NCBI GenBank assembly: GCA_036172245.1
Contig: JAYWIR010000036.1
Coordinates: forward strand, 2,046,001 to 2,110,000
Direction: 5' to 3'
Source of the DNA: Raillietiella orientalis
Taxonomy: Eukaryota
DNA: 64,000 nt
Part shown: positions 37,638 through 51,110 of the stretch, piece by piece
How the letters are laid out: each line of letters begins with the position of its first letter
How positions within the stretch are numbered: the stretch's first letter is position 1
The notes under the pieces: model-generated
The model's input: the letters and a program-made list of their open reading frames with translations, nothing else
What the model was told of the DNA's origin: nothing
Database searches by the model: none
Position numbers and translations under genes: made by a program

Positions 37638-40024
37638 AATCATCTGGGGCGGGCCACGGGGGGAGGGGGCGTCGTCCTGGTCCTCGCGCCCGCCGCCCTC
37701 GGAGGTCCACGGGCCGTCCTGCTGCTGCTGCTGCTTCGGCGGCGGCGGCAGCACCTGCGCGCGCGCGTCTCACGTGGAACAGTCGAGAGAGGGTGGTGGT
37801 GGTGGCGGCGGCGGGTGCCCGGTCGGGTCGCTCGCGCTAGGTCTCTGCAAGGTGCTCCTCTCCCGGTGCAGCACGGGAGGTGCATGGGGCAGGATGCACG
37901 GCGGCTGCTGCCGCTGATGCCATCCCGCTGCGGCTGGAGCCAGATGCTCCTCCGGAGGGAGAGACAGAGAGAGAGAGAGAGCATCATCACCTGTGCACGC
38001 TCCCGACTCGATTCTCCTGATCTGGCAAGCCGGGCGGAGCGAGGGAGAGGGAGGGAGGTGAGGTGAGGAAGGGAGGGGAGTGAGGGGGCGTAGCAGCCTC
38101 CTCCTCCTCCGCGAGCACTCGTTCCTTTTCCTTCCGCTAGATGGCTCGCGGAGCGGAGCTCGCGAGGCGGCCGCGTGATGCGGCGCCGTCTTCTGCTCGG
38201 CGACCACCTACCCCTTGCCCCGCCACCGGCAAAAAAGCAGGGGAAAAAGGAGGAGGAGGAGAAGGATGCAGGGATGGGGGGGAGGTCTGGCGCAACGGGA
38301 ATACGGACCAAGGCCGGTGGCACATCATCCGGTCGACAGGCACGCGCTGCCCCCGCCACCCGGCTGCAGTGTGCACCACCGCCCGCTTGCGCGCACGCGT
38401 GAGGAATGCGGCGGCGGCGGTCCGGCACCCGGCGGGCGAGCGAGCGAGCGCCGGCAAAGCGAATCGGGATGAGCGTGCGGGGAAGAGGGGGAGGGGCAAG
38501 CGGAAAAGAGAAGATAGAAGAAGAAGAAGAGGGGGGGGGGGGGAGGCGAGGCGAGGCGAGGCGAGGCGATTCCGCGCGAACTGCGCGCTGCCGCCACTGC
38601 CTCCGAGGACGACGAGGATGACGCACACGTGAATGCGCGTGATGAAACCGGTCGGACGGGTTTCCGGGCGGATCTTCTTGCCTTTGTCTTCCGAGGACGG
38701 TCCGGAGCGGGCGTGGACGGCGGCGGTGGCTCCGTGGGGACGAAGGCGATGCTCTTCCCGCGTCTCCCGTCGGGGTTCGCTCGCCCTCGCGCGAGGGCGG
38801 AGGTGACGACCCAGGGTGCCATACGGCCGACCGCCACCAACCCTCCCCGAAAGGGGTAGCGGGTCAAGAGGACGGGGCTTTTGCCGTTCCACGCCATCCC
38901 CGCGTAGGTCGACGGCGGCACTGCGCGCGCTCCGCGAGAGGCGTGGGAAAAAAAAAAAAAAAAAAGGAAAAGAGGAGGAGGAGGAAGAGGGTAGGGGAGA
39001 GGTTCCTGGCGGATGCGGCTGACGACTGCCAGCATCGCCCTCTGCCGCTCCGTCTCGCTGCGTGCCGCAGGAGGGGAGTCGCAGCGATACCGAGAGGAGA
39101 GCACGTTCGGTCGCCATGGCGACGAACCGTCGTCGTCGTCGTCGTCGCGCGGCTCCTCCTCCCTCGCTCACGCCGCCGCAGCTCTCCATCCGGTCGGCGT
39201 GCCACGTGGTAGTCCACGCGAACGGCCCGCCTTGCGCGGGAGGGTCCGCACGCTGCGTCCACGCCCGGGCGGCGGCGGCGGAGGAGGAGGAGGAAGAAAC
39301 TCGGCGCCCCCGGGATCCACGGGGCGTGCGCACGCGCTCCCGAGCGCACCTGCCCGCTCCCGAACACGAGGTGCTGCTGCTGGAAGGGGAAGAGGACAGC
39401 GGCGAGATAAGGGAAGCACCGGATGCAAGCGGCGTCCGCAGGAGCTGCGGTGCGATAGAAAATTTTGGAAAATGAAAAAAAAAAAAAAAAAAAAACCGGG
39501 GGAGGGGAGAGGGAACAAACGAGCGAACGCCTCGAGGGGGCTGATGCAGGGAAGAAGAGGGGGATGCGCGTGCCAAAGCGCCCTCAGTGGCTCGTGCTGG
39601 ACGAAGGCGCGCACGGAGGCGGCCGCTGCTTCCGGGTTTCCTCGGGGCCGCCACCCGCCGCGCCCGCCTCGCCCCCGCGCGCGGGAGCGGAGGGAGGGGT
39701 GCGTATCCGCGCGCGCACCTGTGCGTGCGTGCGCGCGCAGCCAGACGACGCGGCACGTAGGGACGACGCCGATGCCAGCTCGTCACACTTGCGACCGGAG
39801 CAGCCGGATTACAGCGGTGGCCCTTGTCCAGGGTCCAAGGAGGGGGAGCAGCAGCATAGCCGGTGGGGAGTTCGTACCCCCGTTGGCGAGAGGCGTTTCC
39901 GCTGAGCCGGGAGCCACGGCGCGCCGCGTCGGGTGGCGGCGGCTCGCCCCGCGCGCACGTCGCGAGAGGGAGGAGGCACCGAGGTCGGGGGGAGGGGGAG
40001 GCTTCCTCCGTCCGGAGGGGGTTT

Positions 40025-40092
40025 TTTTCGCGCCGCGGTAGCCCTCGCGTTCGCCGGACGGGCCTAAAGCGGAAGCGGAAGTGACCCGGAAA
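40025..40092. promoter_or_regulatory. E2F-like site plus tandem ETS/GABP sites (candidate promoter upstream of bantam)
   Basis: ttttcgcgcc 40025-40034; cggaagcggaagtg 40070-40083; ccggaaa 40086-40092; ~2.4 kb 5' of the bantam hairpin on its strand. Confidence 0.35.
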
Positions 40093-42713
40093 GCCATCAT
40101 CGCTCTTAGCAACGCGAGGGAGAGCACCGGCTGGGAGGGGAGGGGGGCGAAGGTGGGAAGCGTTCCCTGCAGGAGCGGAAAAGGGGAGAAAGGGTTCAAC
40201 CCCCCTTCCTCCACCACCTCCCGATCACCCCTCTCCCTCCTTCCCTCCCCTCCGTTTTTTTTTTTTTTTTTTTTTTCTCGTTTCGTTTTACCTGCTTGCC
40301 GGGAGGAACTGCTGGCGCTTCCGCGGCGAGGGTCGGCCACGCCTATGCCGACGGGGTCGGCGGCGGCGGCAACAGCAGCAGCAGCAGCCGCCACGCTGCG
40401 ACGCGCGCGCACACGCACGCACGCACGAGGAAAGGAAGGCAGGAACGTGCGCGCACACGCACCACCGGCGAACAAGTGTCCCTCACTCGCTCCGGCGCGG
40501 AATGCGCGTGCCAGCTGGAGAAGTCGGCTGGTTGCACCACGGCGGCGGCGGCGGCAGCAGCAGCAGCTTCTCTCCCGCACGCCCTCCCTCCCTCCCTCCC
40601 TCCCTCGCTCTCTCTCTCTCTCTCTCGCTGCCGCCACCACCGCCACCACTTCTCAACGCGCGCTCGCTCGCTGCCGCTCCCCCCCCTCCTCCTCCTCCTC
40701 CTCCTCCTCGCCGCAGCCCGTCTTTTTGCCGGAGAGACCTTGGTGTTTCCTAGGCTACGCGGATACCTCCGGGACGTCGTCGTAGGTGCACATGTTCCGC
40801 GGGCGGCTTGGGTGATCTTCCGCATCCGAGTGAGAGGTGGTCGTCTTGTGCTGCCGAAAGTAGGCCTCCGCCTTCGTGAGCGCACGCGCAGCCCACGAAG
40901 GTCGCGCGCGGTGCCGCCGCTTTTTGCTGCCACGTTAGCAACCGGCGGCGCGCGCGCTGCGCCCTCTGCTCCTCCCCTCGCGCCCCCGCCCGACGGAGGC
41001 GGCTCCTCGCGGACTCGCCAGGGCAGGGCAGTGCTGGAGAGAAGGGAACGCCCTTCCCTGTCGGGGATGCCGCCGGAGCCCGGACCACGGGACGGGGCCA
41101 GCAGTGGCAGCCCGACGTCCCTCCAAGAGTCCAGGAAAGGAGGGACGCACGCATCACCCCATCCTCTCTCCCGGAGGACGGACGACGACGAGGGCCGCTG
41201 CCCCGCGGCTTCCGGTGCGCGCGCGCCGGGAGACGCGCGTCTCCCGGCAACCGCTAGCAAGACGCCATAACTCAACCCTGCGTCATCCAGCGGGGGAAAT
41301 CCTATCCCGGGCCTTCCCGCGCGCGCGAGCTCCGCGCCGATCGGGTTTCGGTCTGGGCGGGCCGGGGCCCTGCTGCCGGGCGATAACCCGGCGGGTCCTC
41401 GGAACGCGCGCTACCCGGAGCTCGTCGAGGGAACTGCTCGATATGGGGCCGCGCTGGCAGAGTGGGCAGGTCAACGGAGGATCAACGAAGGAGGGGGAGA
41501 CGTTTCGCGGAACACGCGGGAAACACGGAAGACACACGAGGAAAAATGGTGCCCGCTCGCACGCGCGTCAGAGCTATCGCGGTGGCGTTATCTGGCGACG
41601 GGAGGGAACAGCTGGCGAGGATGCCGTAAAAGTCGGGTGCGCCGCCGCCGCCACGGATGCGCGCAGTTGCGCAAGCCGAGATCGCGCGTAGGGTGCAGCC
41701 AGGAGAGCGCGCACGCGCTGGGAGGCAAGAAAACTGCTCGCAAAACGACGCAACCGCTACCCCCCCCCCCCTCCCGGCTGCCCTCCGTGCGTGCGGAGCA
41801 GCGGCGCAGGCAAAGTGGCGAGCGAGACCGCCAGAAGTCTGCCATGTTGGCTGCCGCCTCCCGAGCGCGGCGCGCACGCGCAGCGGACGGAACGACGGCC
41901 GACGACGCACTGAGCGCGCGGTGCGGAAAAGGCGCCGCCGCCGCCGCCGCTGCAGCAGCCGCGCCTCTCGGCGCAAGCCGGGAGGGCGAGGGGGAGGCAC
42001 GCAGCCTCTTCCTCCTCCCCCCCTCCCTCCTCCTTCTCCTACGCAATCGTTCGCGAGGGCGAACGCTTCGCGGCACGGCCTCGAGACTTCCATGAATGAA
42101 ACCCGCACCGGACGCATCTCTCCTCCCGCAACGGCTCTCCGCCCACGGGTGCCCCCCTTTCCGCCCTGCCCCTCCCTGCGGCCAGCCAGCCAGCCAGCAA
42201 AAGAGACCGGGAAGAAGCAGCCCTCGGGAACTCCGCTCCCCCCATTATTTTTAACTTTCTTCTCTCCCCCTCCCCCTCTTCCCTCCCCTCGCTCTCCTCA
42301 GCGGGGAAAGCGAGGAGCAACAATGAAATCGCTCGCCCCCCCCACCCCCCACCCTGCGTTCCCTTCAGGGAGGCAACAATGGAAAGTGAACACGCAAACA
42401 CTCCTTACCTCCGGAAGGGGTGCGACCCACCGACCGACGATGGAAAGCACACGGCGGCGGCACGTGGAACGCATAAGCAGCGGGGGAAGGAGGGAGGGAG
42501 GAGATGTCGGGGGAGAGAGAGGGAGGGGTGGGGTGAGGGGAGGGTCTGCCGCGCGGCGGCGACCCCGTCGAGAGAGCACGCGTGACAGCGATCTCACTGC
42601 AGAAATGTTCTCCCTCGCTCGCACCGGACGAGCAGCGAAACTTTCCCCAAACGATGCGGCACGTGACAGCGCAAGGAGGCCACCCAAAAATTTACAACAC
42701 GACATGAACGGCA

Positions 42714-42799
42714 AGAGAGAGAGAGAGAGAGAGAGGGAGGGAGAGGGGGAGGGAGGGGAAAAGGAGGAGGAAGGAGAGGGAGAGAGAGAGAGAGAGAGA
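42714..42799. repeat. (GA)n-rich polypurine tract
   Basis: ~85 nt of uninterrupted purines; one of many microsatellite/homopolymer tracts in the GC domain, e.g. (TG)n 43864-43887, (TC)n 43955-43980. Confidence 0.9.
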
Positions 42800-43631
42800 A
42801 AAGGCACCCACCTTGTGCTTTCCATCCGCCTGCGAGCTGCAGTAGCAAAACGGCCGCTTTTCCCGGTCAGCAGGGGGGGGGGGGGAAACCGGAAAAAACA
42901 AACACACCGCCAACCAAGGAATGGGCGGAGGCGGCGGCTGCGGCGGCAGCAGCAGCAGCAGCAGCAGCAGCTCTGCTGGGAGCGAGAAGAACGCAGGGTT
43001 CACACGTCGCGAGCCGCCCCGTGCATCACGGTGGTGGTGGTGCCGGGGCTCCTCCTTGCAACACACCCCTTCTTCGTCGAATTCCTGTATTGATAATTGC
43101 AAAGATTAAGCGGCGGTTGCGCAACCTCCGCGTGGTGGCTCGCGGAGGTTGCGCGGAGACCGCGGTCGGGCGCGAGAGAAAACGGAAGTGAAACTCCCTG
43201 CGTTTGCATCACTCCGAACCACTCCGATGGAAAGCGGCAGCAACGAACCCGTGGCGACGACGACGACGACGACGACAAGAGGAGGAGGAGGAGGGGGGCC
43301 GGGGAGGGGGGGGGAAGGAAGGAAGGAAGGAAGAAGGGAAGGATCGGAAAAAAATGGAAAAGCAGAGGGAGGCCGCGATAACGGCAGGAGGGTGGTGGGA
43401 CGAGCAGCGGACGACCGGCTGGAGCTGCTCTCGAGTGCCACTTTGGCCACCACACAACGGGCCGTCGGAGCGCGACGCGCGGTCTGACCCACCCTCCTCA
43501 TTTTTGAAACACCTCATACTGGTAGGCACATCAGCCAGGCACAGGTTACCTGCACGTGTGACGCAATCGTGACGTTTCCGTGAAGCGAAGCGCGAGCACC
43601 TTCGGCAGGAAAGTGATTGACCGGCCGTACC

Positions 43632-43741
43632 GGAATGCCAGCCATAGGTGGAATACGAAATTGGAATGCGCTGCAATCTGGGAGCAGTCAACGGGAAAAA
43701 CACGTTCGGTTCTTTTGCTGCTGGGTGGATGCTGAGGAATG
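43632..43741. promoter_or_regulatory. Cluster of TEAD/Scalloped (MCAT) motifs
   Basis: ggaatg at 43632, 43663 and 43736 and ggaata at 43650, all in one orientation within 110 bp, ~6 kb upstream of bantam. Confidence 0.5.
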
Positions 43742-45502
43742 TGTGGTCTCGTTATCTCACACGCACCACTCACTGTCTTTGGAGCCCGAGCTGCCTTGGC
43801 ATAACTCCATGGTGTATTTGCGATGCTGGAAAAACGCGGCAAAATCGATACGCGAAAAGATAGGTGTGTGTGTGTGTGTGTGTGTGTCGCACACACACGT
43901 GTGCACGTGTGTCATCAGCGTTTCGTGGAGGCACATCCTTGTGGATTCCATCCCTCTCTCTCTCTCTCTCTCTCTCTCTCCTTCGGTCTTCTGCCCCCTC
44001 CTCCCCTGCCATCGCCCACGCAGGACTGAAGGATCGGTAAGAGGGGGAGGCAAGTCGACGGATCTGGCTGACACGGATTCTTGAACGGGAAGTCGAAAGA
44101 AAGGGCAGGCAGGGAGAGGGGGAGAGAGAGAGCGTGAAGCACGCGTGATCCAGGCGACCGATCCCCGGTGCTGCGAACGTGCTGAGGGGAGACGCATCCG
44201 ACCGTCCCACCGCCACCACCCTCCGCCGCCTGCAGTCGCCACGAAGCGATGGGAAGAGGGGGCGGGGCGGGGGGGGGGGAGAAAAGAAAAAAAGATCAGC
44301 ATCCTCTCCCGAGAGACTCTCCCCCTGCTCGAAAAATCGGCCAACCCCCGGAAAAACGGTCGTCGCCAACTTTTTGGAACCTGCAGCGGCTCGGAAACGG
44401 AAGATTAGGAACGCGAAGGACGTTTACCTCATCCTAGCAGAGGCTGCGTGGGAACACACCGTCGGGGGCTGCTGCTGCTGCTGCCGCTCTTGCTTCCTGG
44501 AGGTTTTCCTCGGGACCTCAGTGCGGGGGAGGGGGAAGGAGGAGGGGGGAAGGGAGGCGGGAGAAGAAGAAGAAGAATGTAAAGAAGGGAAAAAAACGGA
44601 GATGATCAAATAAAATGAATTCCTGCTCCTCGCGGCAAGGGGAGATGGTCGATCTGTCCCTGAGCCCGCGCAGCACACACACACACACATACACAGAGAG
44701 AGAGAGAGAGGGAGAGGGAGAGAGCGGTGTTTTGCTGGTTCTCGCTGGGAGCGCGCAGGTGGACTGAGCTCAGGTGCTGCCGATGATCGAATGCCGCCGG
44801 AACGGAGCGAAAGCTTTTCCATTGTTGGTCGTATCGATCCGCGGGCGTGCCGATTGATTGATCCGCAACGGGGCGGCCGACGACGACGACGACGACGACG
44901 ACGACAAAGCGCCGCTCCCCTCCTCCTCCCCCCCTCCCTCCTCTCTCAATGACGATGACTATGGCGGCGGAGGAGCGCGAGCGGCCAAAAAGTGGGAAAA
45001 AAAAAAAAAACATGAAATAACTCTCTCCCCCCCCCCGCCGCGCTTCTCCCCCCCCCCCTCCTCGAATACCTTGCGGGTTCGCCCGGCACTCCCGAGCTTC
45101 GAGTGCCGCGTGTTTCGATCCGCAGTTTTAGCAGAGTGCCTGCAGACACACGCAAAAGGTGGCGGCGGCGGCGGCGGCGGTGGAGAAACGAAGGCTTTTT
45201 TTTTTTTTTCTCCTTTTTTCCTCCATTCCTCAACAAACAACCGAAGAATCCTTTTATTTTTAAAACCGCGCGAAAGAAGGTTTTCCCTTCTTTCTTTCTT
45301 TTTTTTTTTTTGGCTTATTTTTAGAACGCTTTTCGAGCGGTTGGCGGCGCTGCCGTTTGGTGCGAGGGGACGCCGCGCTCGGGGGAGGCGGCGCTCTCCG
45401 TGCGGCGGGCGGGCGGCTCAGCCGCCATTTTTTCTCGCTCCTGGCGCGGAGCATGCGCTTTTTGCTTGCGCGTGCGTCGGCCTCCCCCCCCCCCCCGTTC
45501 TG

Positions 45503-45504
45503 GT

Positions 45505-45545
<41 letters not shown>

Positions 45546-45563
45546 TCGTCGTCGTCGTCGTCG
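45503..45563. repeat. Compound (GTCGCC)n-(GTC)n microsatellite
   Basis: gtcgtcgccgtcgccgtcgcc...gtcgtcgtcgt seen directly; related (GAC)n tracts at ~43255 and ~44878. Confidence 0.9.
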
Positions 45564-48500
45564 TTGCCCGCTGCTCTCTCGTTACGTGTGCTCGCCGCGG
45601 TGGCGGCGACACGCCTCCGAAACACGCGCGCGCGCCCGCGCACGCGTTTTTTTGCGAAAGACGGCGGGCGGGCGCATGCGCGAGCCTCCCCCCCGCCCGC
45701 GTTTTCGAACCGCGCGCCGCCGCCGCCGCCGCTCGCTCGCGGATTGCGTCCGTATCTCGCGGCACCGCAATCTCGAGCGCGCGCGCAACTGTCGCCGGCC
45801 CCACGTGAATTTCGCGATTTTCGCTGCGTTGCGACGGCTTCCCGAGATAAACACGTGCGAGCGGTGATGATGCATCGCGGCGGCGCTCTCCCCTCCTCCC
45901 CCGGCCGCGAGACGAGCGCCGCCGGAGATTCTCTTCCGTCCTTCAAGGGTGAATTTCGAATCGGAGGGATTTCGGCCGGGCTCGCGTTACGCCCTGCCTG
46001 CGAAGCATCTCGGGGGGGGGGGGGGGGAGCACTCCCGGCGGGAACATCCGCGCCCCCTCGCACCGCCGGGGCGGGCGGTGGGAAAAGGCGGACGCCGAAC
46101 TTGGCCGCCGCTCCAGCGCGGCGCGCGTGTCGTGCGGTCTGCTGGGAAGCGGAAAGAAAGGGAGGGAGGGGGAGAGAAAAACCGGGGCGAGCGTTGATGA
46201 TCTCGGCTTCCTCTCGAGAAGCAGCACGGCAGCACTGGCCGGGGATGAAAGAAACGCATCCCAGGCCAGGGGGTGGTTTCCCTTGCGGCGCGCCATCTCG
46301 CTCCTCACGAACGCGTCTCTGCTGTATCGCGCCGAGCACCCGTTTTTCCTTTCTCCCCCTCCCCCCTCCCTCGTCGGCCTCCTCTTCCTTCCCAACTGTG
46401 TGTATTCGTGCTCCTCACGCCACCGCTGACAACACACCTGATGGAATCTCCCTCCTCGCGAAGAACGCAAGAACCTACCGATTGGATCGTGGCTTTCGCC
46501 TACAAGAATTGTTTTTCCCCCCCCTCCCTCCCCCTTCCCTCGCATCATCACCACTTGTGAGATGATTTCGAACCCTCAGCCGAAGCAGTCTTCCTGTTGG
46601 AGACTGCTTCGGCTTTTCTGGGCGGTGTACGCGGAGGAGGGGGAGTTGCCAGCGCATCGCGCTGGAAGCTGGCATCCCTGGTCCATCCGGTGGGGGTGCG
46701 GCTAGCTCCGTCCCTCGCCCGTGGGCTCGCAACGGGTCACGCCATCCGGAAGCAGCGCCCCCTTTTCTCCTCTCACCGTCTCCTCCGCACCATCGAACGA
46801 AAAGAATTCCGGACCGCTTTCCTGTTTCTCCCTCCTCCCCCTCTTCCACCTTTCTTCGTCTTCTTCCCTACTCCTTTCGTGCTTCCCTTACTCCTTTCTT
46901 CCCGCGTTTCCGGGAGCCCAGGATACTCTTGGGAGGTGATCCGCTCTTTCGGCGAACTCAGGAAAAATTCGTCAGGTCCTCCTGCACCGCAGCATCCGAG
47001 GGATTTGTGCGGCGAGGTCCCCTGCACGGTATCTCCGTAACGGGCAGCCAGGCGAAGTGATGGCCAGCGGACCCGTCCGCCCCGCTTCCCTCACCCTCGG
47101 GTGTACAATCTCCTCCCCGGCCGGGGGGACTGCCGGGAGAAAGGAGTTTACCTTCGTTCCCCGCCGTCGCCAGCGGTTCTTCCGCCGTCCTCCGCGTGGT
47201 CGCGCGCTGTCCTTCTCCTCCCTCCTTCCCCGTCCTGAGACGCCTTCCCGTGCCCTTTGCTCCTTTTCGAAAGGGAAGAGGAAATTCTCCGGGCCGCCGT
47301 GCGGCCCTCCGCAAGGAGTCCACCTGGCCGCGCCTCTCTCCGCCAGAAAGCGCGTAGGGCGCCGGGGCGGGTCCCATGGTGACCCTTGCTCGGGAGGCAC
47401 TCGAGCACGCCACGTGACGGCCCGCTCGAGAGAAGCTGCGCGCGGAGTGTGCGCTGCTGTCGCGGCCTCCCTCGGGAAGGCCAGGAGCGGCCGCCCGGAG
47501 GGTTGCGCGCACAGTAGTGAGGGGTCCTTTGGTCGGAAGGGCAAGAATCCCCCCCCCCTACACAGGGTGAAGGTCCCCGGCGCAACTGCTCCGGCTTCTC
47601 CTCCTCCCCGAGACCGTGGGCAGGAGCCGAGTCGCGGGGCTGCGATCAGCGCGCGCGCTCCCGAGATCCCGGAGGAAAGTGCGGACGCGCACGCTTCGGG
47701 GACAGGGAGGCGAAGAGAAACGGTCCCCGAAGCCCCTGAAGGGGGGAGGGAGGCAACACGGAAGCGCCACGCGCGTAGACCCGCAGACACGGCAAGGTGT
47801 GAGCGGATGCTGCTGGCGCGACCTGCAAGCCGAGAGAGACCCTTGCCGAGCAGCGGGCGCCGGGTGACACCTCCAGCAGGATCGTGTCTCGAGGTGATGA
47901 GGCCTTGGGCGTTCCCATCGCCGCAAAGAGCAGGGCGTCGTGATTTCGTTGCAGGATTTTCATCCCGAATCTCTCCGCGGAGCCGTTTATCGGAAATGGG
48001 TGAAGCGCGTCAAAGGGGGCAAAGGGGGGGGGGGGAGGAAGCGAGCCTGGCTACGTTTGAGGCGATTCCGAAGGTGCGTGGTGTCTCCTGGTGGTGGACA
48101 GCTAACACCTGCTTGGACAGTCGCTGCAGCAACAGCTGGATACTGAGACGCGTAGCCACGCGACGACGGGAGCGCGCGCAACCTTCTTGCTCGCCGCGTT
48201 CCCAGACAGACGCTGCCTCCACGACTTCGGCCGGCTTCCCCTTCCTTCTCCTGCACGCCCGTGAAACCCTGCGGCCATGAGGGCGACGACGAACGCCCCG
48301 AAGGTGGAAAGAGAGTCCCAGTCCTCCGCAGACTCGACCGCACCGAGTGGGACTCTGCGCTTCGTGCCAACTCATGGCCGCCACTCTTACGCGCTGGGAT
48401 CGCCCTGGAACTCCCGAGACCCGCCTGCCGGCATAAGCAGGAGTCGGGGGCGCCACCGCCGCCAAACTGCTCCTTTGCAAGTGCGCTCGCTTGGTCTCTC

Positions 48501-51110
48501 ACTCGCCGAACTCGAGGAGGCGGGCGCGAAGAAACAGAGAGGGCTCGAAGGCACTGCAAGGAACCGGAGAATTCCGGCGCCGCAGTTCTTCCAGCTCGCG
48601 TGCACGCCTTCCTCTGGATTCCGGCCAAGGCGGTGGAATCGAAATCGAACCCTGCGCTTCCGCGGATTGGCATGGGAACAGAGTAGACGTGGAGCAGGGC
48701 TGGGCGTTCGAGTCGGCGGCAACGGTCACCGCCGCGAACGGGAAGTTGCGCTGCAACCGCCACCCTCTCGCCGGAGCGGGCCGGAAGGACGCAAAGATGC
48801 AACCGATTTTTCGATCCGGTCGGTATGAAGGTCCCGCACCGCTGTCCAGAGACTGTAACTCACTGGTTAGCCAGTCCGTTGCGACTGCAGCAGCAGCACC
48901 CACTACGCACTCGTGGCCAACTCCCTTACCTGCCACTGCGGAAGGAAAACACGCTACTACCGATGATTAATGGAAGAATGTTTGAGGAATCATCGCACAG
49001 ATGCCAGGATGCGAATGAAGAGTTCTTTAAGATGGGAACCCCGCAGCAAATTAGATCCAGCTGTGAGAAACATTGGAATCTTTTTTTTTTTTTGTTCGTT
49101 CGTTCGTTCGTTCTTTCTCTTTTTTTTTTTTTTTTGTTGCACAAAACGATCACCAGGGGCAAAACGCATGCAACACCTCCTTCGAGGTCGTGCAGGCAGG
49201 AAGTGTTACGATTTGTCGACACCCTTCCGCAAACTCCTTTCCAGCGTAGCCGTCAAAAGCAAACATCTTCCATCCCGACTCACTTCTACGCCAGAGGCTG
49301 TACGCGCATTCCGAAACGAGGCTTCTCCCTCCCGTGAAGTCTCCTCTCGCTTGCCTGGTTCTTGAAGGTTCTCCCGTAAGAAGGCCCCCGTCGCTCTGAT
49401 GCACGGATGAGCCAACTGTGAACAGCTATCGAGGTTCCCTTGGAACAACGAGCAGAACCGTGCAATCAGCACATCTTTCAAAATACTCCGCTCGAGGGTG
49501 CAATTACAGAGAAGCTCAGCAACCCATTCGTCTTCTTCATTTTTCTCGATTGCCAGGCTTGTTCACAATGGACACGTAACAAGGTAGGAGCAAGGAGAAA
49601 CTTCCCCCCCTCCCGACACACACACACAGACACGTCGAAAGAAGGGCACTTGGACTTCACAGGCGTGAAGTGCTTCCGGCTTTGCCTTGCGTCCTTTGGG
49701 GTCACAATTTCTCTTGATTGCTTTCAGCCCTTCATTTTTTCGGCATTTCGTTTGGCAGCAGGCAGATCCGCAAGAGATTCGAAAGCAGTGATGCTGGTCC
49801 GAATTCACAGTGGTCGGAGACCGCCTGCCCCTCGATGCCCACGCTACCCGGAAGCTCGGCTCGTGCCGCCGTAGGTATCTGCAGGCACCCTGGAACCTCA
49901 GTAGGTCCGAACCATGAGGCGGGGTTGGCAGCAACCTATCCGACACACGATCCGCTGTGCCAGGCACTGCAAGTGTGCCCTCGCTCTGCTCCCCGCGTGC
50001 AGCTCCTGGAACTTCTTACGATTATTTTGGGCAAGGAGTGACATTACCTCGCATGGCACATGGAAATGCATTTCACCCAAAATTCGTGCACAACCGGGAA
50101 CGTGGCACCAACGTGGAGAAAGGGTGCAGAAGATTCACTTGGGAGCTGGGAACTGAATCCGGATTTCTCTTATCTATTCGCGGTAGGTTGGCCGAAAATT
50201 CATCCGGATAATAAATACACTTTCTTTGCTGCTTTCCCGATGGATCTATTTCACAATTATTCAAAAATCGAGTGATGCTTGCTGAAAACGCTCAGGGAAT
50301 GCCGCAGCCAGGAATATTGGAGATCAAAGGTAGCGTTGTCGCAAAACCCTTTGGGAAAAATTCCCTTTTGAGTGCTGATACCATTACCTTTAAGAATGAA
50401 ATGGAATTGCTCCCTGAAGCTACGCTGGAGGGCGACGTAATAGGTTAACTTTGGGAGCTCATCAATTCATTTGATCAGGTGACAAAACCCGAATTGTCGC
50501 ATGTGTTATTTGGATGGCTTTGCTTAACATAACAGACTGCCACACTCACCACAAATATGGTTTCTTTGCGTTCAAAGGAAAAATTGGTTACGAAAACAAA
50601 GAACCTGCCCAATGCACACAATCTGCCTCTGTACTAAGGCATCAAAAATCAAGTTTGATGGCTCATAAAAGGATTCCCACAAATCACGTGTTCCATTTGT
50701 TTTTTCCAACCTTCACTAATTTTAATTGATAATGGGTATGAAAAATGAAAAAGCCGCGAAAATGTCTTTCATGTGAAATGATGTCCTAATAACTCACATT
50801 CACAACATACCATCCACTTGTAACTGAACAAAATCGTGGAGTTCTGTGTGACCAGATTTCATCAACCTTATGGAAACAAAAACTAAATTATCAATACCTA
50901 GGATGACTGCGGCACCTTTCTAAAATTGCGCATCCAATGGAAGGAAGGGTTCAACTGCTGCAAGATTCTAGTTTTATCAACAGTGTAGTTCCTTAATTTC
51001 CGACCCAAACACAAGACAACAAAATTAGGAAAAACAAATGTGGCCTCTTCACCAGAGAAAGAGCAGAAAACTATCGACATGACTAGATTTAGAGATCCAT
51101 CAGGTGCTGT

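Noticed and set aside
44575..44587. gaatgtaaagaag resembling miR-1
   Set aside because: Lacks the 5' TG of the seed, sits in a (GAA)n purine tract and has no complementary arm.
27800..50000. Many 200-550 aa ORFs on both strands (e.g. 38137-39786, 41657-43093, 31352-32719)
   Set aside because: Overlap in all frames, R/G/P/A-rich, run through microsatellites and homopolymers; expected from stop-codon scarcity at high GC; no domains recognised.
21700..50000. GC domain as bacterial contamination or horizontal transfer
   Set aside because: Contains a spliceosomal-intron SoxE gene, an animal miRNA and eukaryote-type microsatellites.
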